Source: an uncultured Candidatus Rokubacteria bacterium
GTDB taxonomy: Bacteria; Methylomirabilota; Methylomirabilia; Rokubacteriales; DASRDR01
Assembly (NCBI GenBank): GCA_963826115.1
Contig: CAWGVS010000012.1
Location: forward strand, 608,001 to 672,000
DNA: 64,000 nucleotides
Direction: 5' to 3'
The translations under genes and the position numbers were made by a program. Below are positions 1 through 9,285 of this stretch, in pieces (the stretch's first letter is position 1; each line of letters opens with the position of its first letter). The notes below the pieces were generated by a model that worked only from the letters and a program-made list of their open reading frames with translations, did no database searches and was not told where the DNA came from.

Positions 1-1
1 G

Positions 2-280
2 CGCATCGGTGAAGGCCCCGCGCTCGAAACCGAACAGCTCCGCCTCGAGCAAGGTCTCGGGGATCGCGGCGCAGTTGACCTCGACGAGCGGGCCGGTCGC
101 CCGCGGGCCGGCCCGGTGAAGGGCGCGCACCAGGAGCCCCTTGCCCGTGCCCGTCTCCCCCAGGATCAGGAGCGTGGGCAGACGGCGTCCCGCACCCCCG
201 TGCGCGAGTACCCGCCCGACCGTGTCTCGGACGGCCTGGATCGCCGGACTCTCCCCGAGCACCTCGGCCAGGGGCGTCAC
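2..280 (-). CDS. Sigma-54-interacting AAA+ protein, N-terminal part (runs off the window)
   Basis: Manual translation gives [14 protein letters not shown]...[12 protein letters not shown]...[26 protein letters not shown] (Walker A, ELFG and GAFT motifs). Confidence 0.9.
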   Translation of the reverse strand, partial: MTPLAEVLGESPAIQAVRDTVGRVLAHGGAGRRLPTLLILGETGTGKGLLVRALHRAGPRATGPLVEVNCAAIPETLLEAELFGFERGAFTDA

Positions 281-290
281 GGCGGCTATT

Positions 291-506
291 CTACGCCGGC
301 GCCACGGATCCGGGCGCCGTGCGGAGGAGGCGGTGGCCGAGTGCGAGCAGGATGGAGCCGAGCCAGACCCGTGTCAGGCGGCGCGGCGGCCGGGCGTCGC
401 GGAGGAGCGCCCGTCGCGCGACGAAAGCGCAAGCCTCCGCCATTCGCTCTTCGGCTAGCAGCAGATGCGCGTCGGTCCAGGAATCGCCCGTCCGGTACGT
501 TCTCAT
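291..506 (-). CDS. Small hypothetical protein (71 aa)
   Basis: GGAGG RBS before ATG at 506; [22 protein letters not shown]... with a hydrophobic C-terminal stretch. Confidence 0.5.
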   Translation of the reverse strand: MRTYRTGDSWTDAHLLLAEERMAEACAFVARRALLRDARPPRRLTRVWLGSILLALGHRLLRTAPGSVAPA

Positions 507-740
507 CTGGGCCTCCGTGTCCGGCGTCTCTAGATGTCCACCGGCTCTTGACGGCCCATAGAGCAACGCGGATGCCAGCGACACATCTTTCGTAGATACG
601 GTCATTTAGAGCCGACACTGCGGCTCACGCCGTAGGTTCGCCAGTGGCGAAGGCGAAGATCCGCCACCGGCGCCAGCTCTCGGAGCGGCCAGTTCCTACC
701 AGTCAGGCGCGCGGCGCCACGACCCGGCCGGCGGCGCCGC

Positions 741-2126
741 CTACGGGTTGGTCGGCCAGACCGGCTGGTGGCTGCCGAGCGGCACGGTGGGGCGGGCCCA
801 GTAGGGCGGCGTCTCCGACAGCTCGAGGGCCGGCTTGAGATGTCGGAGCCGGCCGAAGGGCGTGTCCGTCTCGACGCAGAGCTCCGCGGGATCGCCGGTC
901 CCGCTCGCCTGGGCCGGGTCGCAGGTCGCGCCGAGGCGGACGAACCACATCCCGCTCCGGCAGAGCGAGGCGCGCACGTGATAGCTGCCGCCTTCGCGCG
1001 CGCGTCGGCCGAGCGCCACGAGCGTGCCCAGCGCCGCCAGGTACCCGGTCGTGAAGTCGCAGGCGGCGACCGGCATCCGTTCCGGTCGGTCGGGCCGGCC
1101 CTGGGCCGCCGCGATGCCGGTGACTGTCTGGGCGAGCTGCTCCCAGCCCGGGCGTGCCTCCCAGGGGCCCGCGTGGCCGTAGCAGTTGATCGAAACGTAG
1201 ATCAGGCCGGGCCGCAGGGCCGCGAGCTCGTCGGGGCCGAAGCCGCGCCGCGCGAGCGAGCCGGCTCGGTAGCCCTGCGCGAAGACGTCGGTGTGGCGGA
1301 CCAGCTCGCGCAGCCGCGTCGCGTCGTCGGGCTGGTCGAGATCGAGGAAGGCCGAGAGCTTGCCGTGGTTCGTGTCCATCACGAAGGCGTCCGGGTTGGG
1401 CAGCCAGGGGGACGCGATGTAGAGCACGTCGGCGCCGTGCTCGGCCAGCGTCCGGGCGTGTGACGGTCCCGCGAGGATTCGCGTCAGGTCGAGCACCCGC
1501 ACGCCGGACAGCGGTCGCTCTCCGGCCGGCAATGGCTCCGGCGCGGACTCGCCCAGCTTGACGATCTCGACCCGCGGTCGATCGGCGAGCGCGCGGCCCT
1601 GGGGGTGCGCGGCCCACTCCTCGGCGGTGCGCACCATCGCGCCGCACTGACCGGCCTGGGCGAGCGTGTCTTCCAGCGCCTCGCCGTCCCAGCCCGCCAC
1701 CGCGGCCGCGACGGACTCGCGCGCGCGTGCGCAGCCGAGCACCCGCATCGTGCCGTAGGCGAGGTTCGACAGGGCGCCGTGCACGTGCACCCAGCGGCCG
1801 TCGCGGCAGCGGTAGAAATCCACCAGCGGGTTGCCCGTGGCAGGCCCGACCGGGCCCGGCCCGCCGTCGAGCCTGAGATAGTCCCGGCTGTGCAGCGACG
1901 CCGCGGCCCGCCGGACGTCGACGCGCACCCGCTGGGGCCGGCCGCCGCGGAGTTCCCAGAGGTCCGACACCGCCACGCCGCAGGCGGCCAGCGCCACCGC
2001 CGCCGCCTCGCCGACCGGGAAGCGGTAGCCGAGGACCGGGTCACGTCCGTCGATCGTCGCCTGCACACCCTGTGAAGGCTTCAGGCCGACCTCGCCCAGC
2101 AGATCGTGGACTCGAGCGTCGATCAT
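741..2126 (-). CDS. CoA-transferase family III (CaiB/BaiF-like)
   Basis: PLSGVRVLDLTRILAGP, HGADVL, NHGKLS, LIYVSINCYG and RPGWE motifs. Confidence 0.93.
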   Translation of the reverse strand: MIDARVHDLLGEVGLKPSQGVQATIDGRDPVLGYRFPVGEAAAVALAACGVAVSDLWELRGGRPQRVRVDVRRAAASLHSRDYLRLDGGPGPVGPATGNPLVDFYRCRDGRWVHVHGALSNLAYGTMRVLGCARARESVAAAVAGWDGEALEDTLAQAGQCGAMVRTAEEWAAHPQGRALADRPRVEIVKLGESAPEPLPAGERPLSGVRVLDLTRILAGPSHARTLAEHGADVLYIASPWLPNPDAFVMDTNHGKLSAFLDLDQPDDATRLRELVRHTDVFAQGYRAGSLARRGFGPDELAALRPGLIYVSINCYGHAGPWEARPGWEQLAQTVTGIAAAQGRPDRPERMPVAACDFTTGYLAALGTLVALGRRAREGGSYHVRASLCRSGMWFVRLGATCDPAQASGTGDPAELCVETDTPFGRLRHLKPALELSETPPYWARPTVPLGSHQPVWPTNP

Positions 2127-2243
2127 CTCTGCCTCCGCGCGACTCTGGGTCAGTACGTGACCGAGGCGCCCCCCATGGGACCCGACCGAGAAGGGGCTTT
2201 ATGTAAACTACCCTCTGAGCTGCAACTGGTGGACCGGAAACAC

Positions 2244-2446
2244 GAATCGGGGGGCGTCGCCGCCCCCGATCGAGTGGTGAGCCGTGAAGGGATCGAACCT
2301 TCAATCTACTGACTAAGAGGTGGTTCCGTGACCGAACTCCTACGCACTCAGGAGAGCTAAGACGACGAATCTTCTGCGCGGCCGCGTGATGGATGTTCGC
2401 CTGCATGTGGTGGAGTTCGGTGGAGCTTGGCACTGGCATGTCACCG
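2244..2446 (-). repeat. att-like unit 1: hairpin L1 + tRNA-Lys 3' half (2275-2319, 3 mismatches) + arm RA
   Basis: gaatcggggggcgtcgccgcccccgatcgag-tggtgagccgtgaagggatcgaaccttcaatctactgactaagag-gtggttcc...ggcatgtcacc. Confidence 0.95.
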
Positions 2447-2613
2447 GAGATTCGTTATCAGCCAGACTTTAGACATGAAATCCTGCGTCTTTGGTACTTG
2501 CCCGAGGCTGGCGCCACTCGGGTCCCACTGCCAGCCCACGGTGCTCGAGTTGTGAACGACGACACAGATCGGCCGCGGCATCATACGGATCGACCTACTC
2601 AGGTCGTCCACAC

Positions 2614-3597
2614 CTACACTCGTCGTGCTGTCTTCTTCCTTGGCCGAGTGGGGTGCGGCGCGTTTGCGCCTTCGACTCCCTGCTCTCGACGATACTGCCC
2701 CGGGGAGATCCCCATGACCCGTCGGAATACCTTGCCAAAGGCACTGTCGGATTCGTATCCGACCGCGGCGGCAATCGCCGCGAGCTTCGCCGCACGGCTC
2801 TCCCGCATCATGCTCGCGGCCCGCACCATCCGCCACTGCGTGAGGTGCTCAAGGGGCGTTTCCCCGACGAGCGCCCGGAATCGTGCGGCGAACGCCGAGC
2901 GAGACATCGATACCCTGTGCGCCAGGGTCGGCACGGTCCACCCGTGTCCGGGCTGAAGATGTATGAGTCGCAAGGCCTCGCCCATCTGCTCGTCGCCGAG
3001 CGCCCGAAGCCAGCTCGGGCTCCCGCTCAACACCGACGACTGAATGCGGCTGCGCATGGCTTGAACGAAGAGCACCTCGGCCAGCCGATCCACGATCGCG
3101 GCGGATCCGGGCAGGTCCTGCACGGTCTCGGCCGCGATGAACTGCAACGTGGACTGGAACCACGGCGTCGAGTGCGGCCCGGAGGCGGGCAGATGGAGGA
3201 TCGGCGGGAGGTGCTTGACGAGAAGGTCGCTCTCCGGTGACGCGAACGTGAAGCACCCGGCGACGACCGACGTCGGGGCGCCGGGACCCCCGTACCGGAT
3301 GAGCCGCGACTGTTGAAAGGCCTCGGGCGTCGTGACCTCCCGCACGGAGCGGACACGGATCCCGGGGTTATTTCGGAGTGAATAAGTTCGGGGGGCCGGC
3401 AGGAAGACAAAGTCACCCCCGACAAGCGGGGTGAGCGGGAGCTCGTCCACCCCAAGCACGCAGGCGCCGCGGGTCACGATGAGGCAGATGCCTTTGCCGG
3501 CGGGGAACTCGAGGCCGAACGGCGCGGTCAGCTCGATCCGGCCGTAGAGGTGCCCCTGCGTCCGGAGCAGCGCCATGATCTCAGCGAGAACATCCAT
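2614..3597 (-). CDS. AraC-family regulator with N-terminal cupin domain
   Basis: MDVLAEIM...; C-terminal WTVPTLAHRVSMSRSAFAARF and VGYESDSAFGKVFRRVMGISPGQYR double HTH. Confidence 0.93.
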   Translation of the reverse strand: MDVLAEIMALLRTQGHLYGRIELTAPFGLEFPAGKGICLIVTRGACVLGVDELPLTPLVGGDFVFLPAPRTYSLRNNPGIRVRSVREVTTPEAFQQSRLIRYGGPGAPTSVVAGCFTFASPESDLLVKHLPPILHLPASGPHSTPWFQSTLQFIAAETVQDLPGSAAIVDRLAEVLFVQAMRSRIQSSVLSGSPSWLRALGDEQMGEALRLIHLQPGHGWTVPTLAHRVSMSRSAFAARFRALVGETPLEHLTQWRMVRAASMMRESRAAKLAAIAAAVGYESDSAFGKVFRRVMGISPGQYRREQGVEGANAPHPTRPRKKTARRV

Positions 3598-3793
3598 CTT
3601 TCACCCGTCGATCTGGCGTATTGGACCAATAATAGCGCCTTCTAGACATGAATCGTCCATCGCGCATGGCGTAATCTGCCATCGATGAGACGCAGCATAG
3701 ACCGTGACACGCGCGAGGTCCATCCTTCGCCGACAGGCGACGGGGCGGCCGAGCCGACGGTCGGCGAAGCGCCCCGACAACCAGGAGGTCCGG

Positions 3794-4123
3794 ATGTCCA
3801 TGCATCTGCCACGGCCGATCGAGGTCTATTTCTCACCAGGCACGGCCCACGACACGGACGCCCTTGCCACATGCTTTGACGTGAACGCCACGGTCCGGGA
3901 TGAAGGCCGTACGTTCGAGGGTTTGGCTGCCATCACGGCGTGGAGGACCGAGACAAAGAAGCGATATCGCTACACGGTCGAGCCAGTCGAGGCAGTTCAG
4001 CGGGACGGCCAGACCGTCGTCACGGCGAGAGTCTCCGGTGACTTCCCCGGCAGCCCGGTCACTCTGACGTTCATCTTCAGGCTCGAGCGCGACCGCATCA
4101 CATCGCTGGAGATCCGGTCATGA
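3794..4123 (+). CDS. SnoaL/NTF2-like protein
   Basis: [20 protein letters not shown]...[18 protein letters not shown]. Confidence 0.85.
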   Translation: MSMHLPRPIEVYFSPGTAHDTDALATCFDVNATVRDEGRTFEGLAAITAWRTETKKRYRYTVEPVEAVQRDGQTVVTARVSGDFPGSPVTLTFIFRLERDRITSLEIRS

Positions 4124-4902
4124 GCGACCATCTCGAGCTGGATGGCCGCCGGGCGCTTGTGACTGGCGGCACCCAGGGGATCGGTCACGCGGTGGCGACG
4201 CGGCTACGCGAGGCCGGGGCGACGGTGCTCACGACCGCCCGCGCCCGGCACGATGACTCGTCCCCGGAAGATCGGTTCGTGGCGGCGGACCTGAGCACCG
4301 CCGACGGCTGCGCCACCGTCGCGGACGCCGTCCGGCAGCGGCTCGGCGGCATCGACATCATCGTCCATGTCGTTGGCGGCTCTTCGGCGCCTGGAGGCGG
4401 ATTCGCGGTCCTGAACGATGCCGAGTGGCAGCGCGCGCTCGATCTCAACCTCTTTCCGGCAGTCCGGCTCGACCGCGCGCTCCTGCCGGCGATGGTGCGC
4501 CAGGGCGCGGGCGTGATCGTCCATGTCACATCGATTCAACGGCAGTTGCCGCTGCCCGACGCCACCCTGGCCTATGCCGCGGCGAAGGCGGCGCTCGCCA
4601 ACTACAGCAAGGGCCTGTCAAAGGAGGTGGCCGCGAAAGGCATCCGCGTAGTCCGCGTCTCCCCGGGCTGGGTGGAAACCGACGCGGCCGTTGGCCTGGT
4701 CAAGAAGTTGGCGGCGAGCCAGGGGACGGACTACGAGGGGGCCCGTCAGGCGCTGATGGCGTCCCTCGGCGGGATCCCGATCGGGCGGCCAGCAAAGCCG
4801 TGGGAGGTCGCCGATCTCATCGCGTTCCTCGTGTCTCCCCGCGCCGCCGCGATCACCGGCACGGAGTACGTGATCGACGGGGGGACAGTACCGACCGCAT
4901 GA
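4120..4902 (+). CDS. Short-chain dehydrogenase/reductase
   Basis: [11 protein letters not shown]-binding motif and YAAAK catalytic motif. Confidence 0.95.
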   Translation: MSDHLELDGRRALVTGGTQGIGHAVATRLREAGATVLTTARARHDDSSPEDRFVAADLSTADGCATVADAVRQRLGGIDIIVHVVGGSSAPGGGFAVLNDAEWQRALDLNLFPAVRLDRALLPAMVRQGAGVIVHVTSIQRQLPLPDATLAYAAAKAALANYSKGLSKEVAAKGIRVVRVSPGWVETDAAVGLVKKLAASQGTDYEGARQALMASLGGIPIGRPAKPWEVADLIAFLVSPRAAAITGTEYVIDGGTVPTA

Positions 4903-4929
4903 GGGTGCCGGCCTGAGATGAGGCCAAAC

Positions 4930-5130
4930 GAATCGGGGGCGTCGCCGCCCCCCGATCGAGTGGTGAGCCGTGAAGGAATCGAACCTTCAATCTACTGATC
5001 AAGAGTCCCGACCGGGCCCTATCTGAGCCGACCGTAGAGGATCCATCCCCGCAAGATTTCGGCGTTGAGCCGTCGGACGAGAGCGTTCCAGTGCGTCCTG
5101 ATGCGGGTGCGTTGGTAGCCGGTCGGTAGC
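4930..5130 (-). repeat. att-like unit 2: hairpin L1 + tRNA-Lys 3' half (4961-5005, 2 mismatches) + arm RC
   Basis: Core match; the arm ends in a GGTAGC pair at 5114-5130. Confidence 0.9.
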
Positions 5131-5445
5131 CAACAACGGGCGCACGTAGGCGCCCGAACCTACTGATTGGCGATCCGTATCAGGATCATCCTGGCATACA
5201 AGTACGACACCCTCTCTTCAAGGCGGTTCGCGTCTGCATCCGAGCCCAAGGCGCTGCTGGCGATGTCGGATGTCAGCCGGCAGCCGCGCCTCGAGGAGTT
5301 GCCAAGCTACACACGAAAGCGCGCCGCCCGGCGGGATCTCTGGCAATCATGCTCAGCCGCATCCACGCTCGGGCTACAATGCGTTCGCCTGGGGGAGCTT
5401 CATGAGGGCCACTCGCATAGAGGCGGGCACGGCTTGGCCCGTCGA

Positions 5446-7119
5446 ATGATGACGGAGCGCCAGGGCTCCCTGGGCATCGGTTACCCGAGTCAGTCCTCGC
5501 GCCGGGGGTTTCTCCGTCTCTTCGGTTTGGCGGCGGGCGGGGCGGGCCTGGCCGCGTGGCAACCCGAGCCGGCCGCCGCCCAGCAGGGGTCCGCCGGGCC
5601 GCGAGCCGGCGGTGAACTGGTGGTGGCCACTTGGGACGAGCCGATCTCTCTCGACCCGGCCAACACTGCCGCAGCGGGTCTGAACCCGGTCAAACTGATC
5701 TTCGACCCGCTGGTCGTCCAGAGTGGAGACTTCACGCCCTACCCCGGAGTGGCGGAGTCATGGGAGGTGTCCGCGGATGGTAGGGCGTACACCTTCCGGT
5801 TGAAGAGGGACGTCAAGTTCCATGACGGCGCGCCTCTCGACGCCCACGCGGTCAAGTTCAGCCTGGACCGCGCTACCGGTCCCCAGGCAAAGGCGAACTT
5901 CACGATTTCGCTCGCTAGTGTCTACCAGACCACCGAGGTGATCGACGGTCTGACTGCGCGGGTCGTTCTGAAGCAACCGTATGCGGCGTTCTTCCATGCG
6001 CTGGCGGAGGGGTACTACTCGATCGTCTCACCCGATGCGGCGCGGAAGCACGCGATGGAGTTCGATCGTAACCCGGTCGGGAGCGGGCCGTACATCTTTC
6101 AAGAGTGGCTCTCAAAGAGTCATGTCACCCTCAAGAGAAACCCTGACTACGCTTGGGGGTCGATCCTCTTCAAGCACCAGGGGCCGGCGTACCCTGACCG
6201 GCTCACGTTCCGTCTGGTTCCGGAGAGCTCGACCCGTCTGGCCACGATCGAGACCGGCGAGGTCCACGTCGCGCAGGAGATCCCGCCGGAGGAGGTCGAA
6301 CGCCTCAAGAGGCATGCGGGGCTCCAGGTGTTGAGCCGGATCGCTCCCGGCACCTGCGCGCAGCTCATGCTCAACACCACTCAGCCGCCGGTGGACGACA
6401 TCAGGGTCCGCCAGGCCCTGGAGTACGCCGTCGACCAGGACGAGCTGTGCAAGGTGCTCTTCCGGGGTGCCCTCACCCCTGCCCGCACGCCGCTGGCGCC
6501 GGGCACCTTGGGCTACGAGGACAACCTCACCAGGTTCTATCGCACCGACCACGCGAAATCCCGTGCCCTGCTGGAAGCGGCCGGCTGGCGGCTCGGTAAC
6601 GACGGCATCCGCACCAGGCAGGGCCACCGCCTCGAGTTGTCGATCAACATCGTCAGCGCCAGCATCCAGACGCTTCCGATCAAGGTGGCCGAGGTGGTGC
6701 AAGCTCAGCTTCGCGAGGTGGGTATCTTCCTGGTCATCAAGCAGACCGACACCGCCGCCTTGTTCGCGATCCTGAGGGCGGGGAGCCAGCAGATGGTGCT
6801 CGGCTGGCGCGCCGGCTCGGACCCGGACGTCCTGCGCCCGCTCTTTCACTCCAGCTTCTTCGGAAAGTCTCCGGTCGCGCGGATCCGCTTCAAACACGAG
6901 CGGCTCGATCGGTTGCTGGAGCAAGGCACGCTCGAGCTCGACCGCACCAGGCGCCAGGCGATCTACAAAGAGGTTCAGGAGATCGCCCTCCAGAACGCCC
7001 TGGTCGTGCCGCTCTGGAACCGCCACGCCTTCGTAGCGGCGCGATCCGAGGTCCGAGATCTCGGCCTCGACCCGCGGGGAGACGTCAGCCTGTACGACGC
7101 CTGGCTCCCGAGGGGGTGA
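5446..7119 (+). CDS. ABC peptide/nickel-type substrate-binding protein (family 5), Tat signal
   Basis: SRRGFL twin-arginine signal; AESWEVSADGRAYTFRLKRDVKFHDG; PVGSGPY. Start chosen at ATG 5446 rather than the ORF-track start. Confidence 0.92.
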   Translation: MMTERQGSLGIGYPSQSSRRGFLRLFGLAAGGAGLAAWQPEPAAAQQGSAGPRAGGELVVATWDEPISLDPANTAAAGLNPVKLIFDPLVVQSGDFTPYPGVAESWEVSADGRAYTFRLKRDVKFHDGAPLDAHAVKFSLDRATGPQAKANFTISLASVYQTTEVIDGLTARVVLKQPYAAFFHALAEGYYSIVSPDAARKHAMEFDRNPVGSGPYIFQEWLSKSHVTLKRNPDYAWGSILFKHQGPAYPDRLTFRLVPESSTRLATIETGEVHVAQEIPPEEVERLKRHAGLQVLSRIAPGTCAQLMLNTTQPPVDDIRVRQALEYAVDQDELCKVLFRGALTPARTPLAPGTLGYEDNLTRFYRTDHAKSRALLEAAGWRLGNDGIRTRQGHRLELSINIVSASIQTLPIKVAEVVQAQLREVGIFLVIKQTDTAALFAILRAGSQQMVLGWRAGSDPDVLRPLFHSSFFGKSPVARIRFKHERLDRLLEQGTLELDRTRRQAIYKEVQEIALQNALVVPLWNRHAFVAARSEVRDLGLDPRGDVSLYDAWLPRG

Positions 7120-7270
7120 GCGTCCGCGAGGTTCTAGCGTCGAGTCGAGCGCCTCGTGGAGACACACGGCGAGCATCACGAGGCTGCCAGTCGACGAGAT
7201 TCCAACCGACACGAGCCGATGTGGCCCCCTTGGCGCTCTCCAACGACCGGCGATCGCGTCCGCTCGCGCC

Positions 7271-7597
7271 TTACGCAAGTGTCGCGAAGGCGCAGAGTCG
7301 CGCCTCCGTGACCGCGAGCATCCAGCCTTGCAGACTGACGGTGCGACCTTCTTCAAAATCGTCCCGCGTCCGAAGTCGCACGAATTCGCGGAGCTGTATC
7401 CGGCCCAGAGCCCGCAACCTTGCCGTGTCCTCACGCGAGCAGATCAGATCCAGGAGGACCCTCTCGTCTACCTCCTCGGGAACGCTCCGCAGGGACTCGG
7501 CGCCAACAACCCCGGCGCTCTCCCTTTCCTCGAGGAGGCTCAGGAATCTCGCCGCGAGACTTCTGCGGCTCTGCCCTTCAACCCATTCTGCCCACAC
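7271..7597 (-). CDS. Small hypothetical protein downstream of the GMC oxidoreductase (5' end possibly frameshifted)
   Basis: C-terminal RDDFEEGRTVSLQGWMLAVTEARLCA looks protein-like; same strand as the GMC gene. Confidence 0.6.
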   Translation of the reverse strand: MWAEWVEGQSRRSLAARFLSLLEERESAGVVGAESLRSVPEEVDERVLLDLICSREDTARLRALGRIQLREFVRLRTRDDFEEGRTVSLQGWMLAVTEARLCAFATLA

Positions 7598-7673
7598 GGG
7601 CCACGTCAGTTCCGGCAGTCCGCAGCTCAGGGTCGTCTCGGGAATCGGCGGCGCTGGTCGCGGATCTGCGTCC

Positions 7674-9266
7674 TCACTTCATAAGACCTGTTATGCGGTC
7701 GGCCAGCCGCAGTGCAAGGGCAACGATCGTGAGTGTCGGAGTCCCCGAGCCACTCGTCGGGAAAACGGAGCTTCCGGCGACGAAGAGATTCCGCATCCCG
7801 TGGACTCGGCAATGTCGGTCCACGACGCCTTGCTCGGGGTCGTCGTGCATGCGCGTAGTTCCCATGTGATGCCAAGATCCGAGCGTCTCGGCGGGCCACG
7901 TGGCCTCGTTGTCGTCCAACAATACTTCCACCCGGCCGAGTCCGGCACGGCCGAGTTCCCTCCCGATAACTTCCAGGGCTTGCCTTGCGCTCAGCTTGTC
8001 GATCGCGCTCAGCCGCCAGTGCACCGCAACCCGCCGCTGCCCTAGCCGGTCACGCTCCATGCCTAGCGTCACCCGGCTCTCGGGATTTGGGGCCGGATCG
8101 ATCCTCGTGATCAGGTTGATGCGGTCGACGGGCGCCGCCTGCCGACCGCGCGCCCACCAGTAGGCCGCCACCGTCACGTCGTCGAGGTCGCGGATGACGT
8201 TCCCGACGTGCTTCCCGAAGCTGTCCGGCACTTCCCCTTGGCGAAGCTTTCCCAAGAGGTACTTGATGGACGCGACCCCCCTGGAGCTCGACGCCCTGAC
8301 GTATGATTCATCGTATCCCGGGTCGAGTCTCACCTGCACATCGACGACTCTCAAGCGACGCTGGGCGGGCGGCGACAGGGCTAGAGATCCCCTGATGCTC
8401 GTGTTGGCCACGACATGAAATCGGTAGAACTGCGGCATCAAAGAGTCAGCCGGGCGAAAGAGGCCACCGACGAAGGTGGGGTGATCAGCGAAAAACCTCC
8501 CGACGAGATCGTTGCCGTTGCCGAGACCGGTCGGTTGGATCCGATTCGACAGGAGGAGCAGACGGGCGTTCTCGATGCCACCGGCCGCCAGCACGAACAC
8601 CTTCGCCGCCACCAAGAAGCTGGTGCCCGTGAGACAGGCCACGCGGAGATGGGTGACGGTCCTCGCGGTCTCTTCGGTTTCGATTTCGGTCACGTTGGCA
8701 TTGAGGTACGTCGTGACGTTCTCCGCTCGGACAACCTCGTCCCGGTAGGTCTCGCCGAATCTCTTGAGCGGGTCGGGCGCTTCCTGCGTGACCGCCGTGA
8801 TCACGGCGTCTGCGTTCACTGACAGCGGTGCGTATCGATCGAGCGTCTGCCAATAGCTCGCCTCCCAGTGGGAGGAGCTGAGCTGACAGATGGATCGGGC
8901 GCGCTCGTAGAAGGGTTCCAGCTCGGCCTTGCGGAACGGCCACCCACTGTGGGGAATCCAGTCGCGGGCCTCGAAGTCGAGATCAGTAAGCGGTCGGCAT
9001 GCGCCATACCAGTGGTTCGTCGTCCCCCCGAAACAACGCAAGCGCGCCGTCCGGAGGGGGAGGGACGGAAGTCCGGTACTCTTGCCATCGGCGAGCGACT
9101 GGGTGTCTTCGTCGGGTCTGAATCCGCCGCTCTCCAGAAGACACACGCGAAACGGCCGACCGGCGAACTCGCGGGTCAGCGTAATCCCAGCCGCGCCGGC
9201 GCCGATGACGCAGACGTCCGTCTGAACGGTGGACCTGTCCGGTACGGAGCGGGCGTCAACGACCAC
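7674..9266 (-). CDS. GMC-family FAD oxidoreductase
   Basis: VCVIGAGAAG; LAAGGIENARLLL; HHMGTTRM; NLFVAGSSVFPT...PTLTIVALALRLAD. Confidence 0.94.
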   Translation of the reverse strand: MVVDARSVPDRSTVQTDVCVIGAGAAGITLTREFAGRPFRVCLLESGGFRPDEDTQSLADGKSTGLPSLPLRTARLRCFGGTTNHWYGACRPLTDLDFEARDWIPHSGWPFRKAELEPFYERARSICQLSSSHWEASYWQTLDRYAPLSVNADAVITAVTQEAPDPLKRFGETYRDEVVRAENVTTYLNANVTEIETEETARTVTHLRVACLTGTSFLVAAKVFVLAAGGIENARLLLLSNRIQPTGLGNGNDLVGRFFADHPTFVGGLFRPADSLMPQFYRFHVVANTSIRGSLALSPPAQRRLRVVDVQVRLDPGYDESYVRASSSRGVASIKYLLGKLRQGEVPDSFGKHVGNVIRDLDDVTVAAYWWARGRQAAPVDRINLITRIDPAPNPESRVTLGMERDRLGQRRVAVHWRLSAIDKLSARQALEVIGRELGRAGLGRVEVLLDDNEATWPAETLGSWHHMGTTRMHDDPEQGVVDRHCRVHGMRNLFVAGSSVFPTSGSGTPTLTIVALALRLADRITGLMK

Positions 9267-9285
9267 TGGGCCGTCGCTCCGTCAC

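Noticed and set aside
2041-2439. Recurrent ORF MPVPNSTELHH...ISRLKVRFLHGSP across att units
   Set aside because: It is the translation of arm RA plus the tRNA half. It has a stop in unit 5, lacks the ATG in unit 7 and has divergent tails, so it is probably a shadow ORF.
2242-2455. ACGAATC/GATTCGT terminal inverted repeat suggesting a MITE
   Set aside because: It is perfect only in unit 1, no target duplications were seen, and arm shuffling fits site-specific recombination better.
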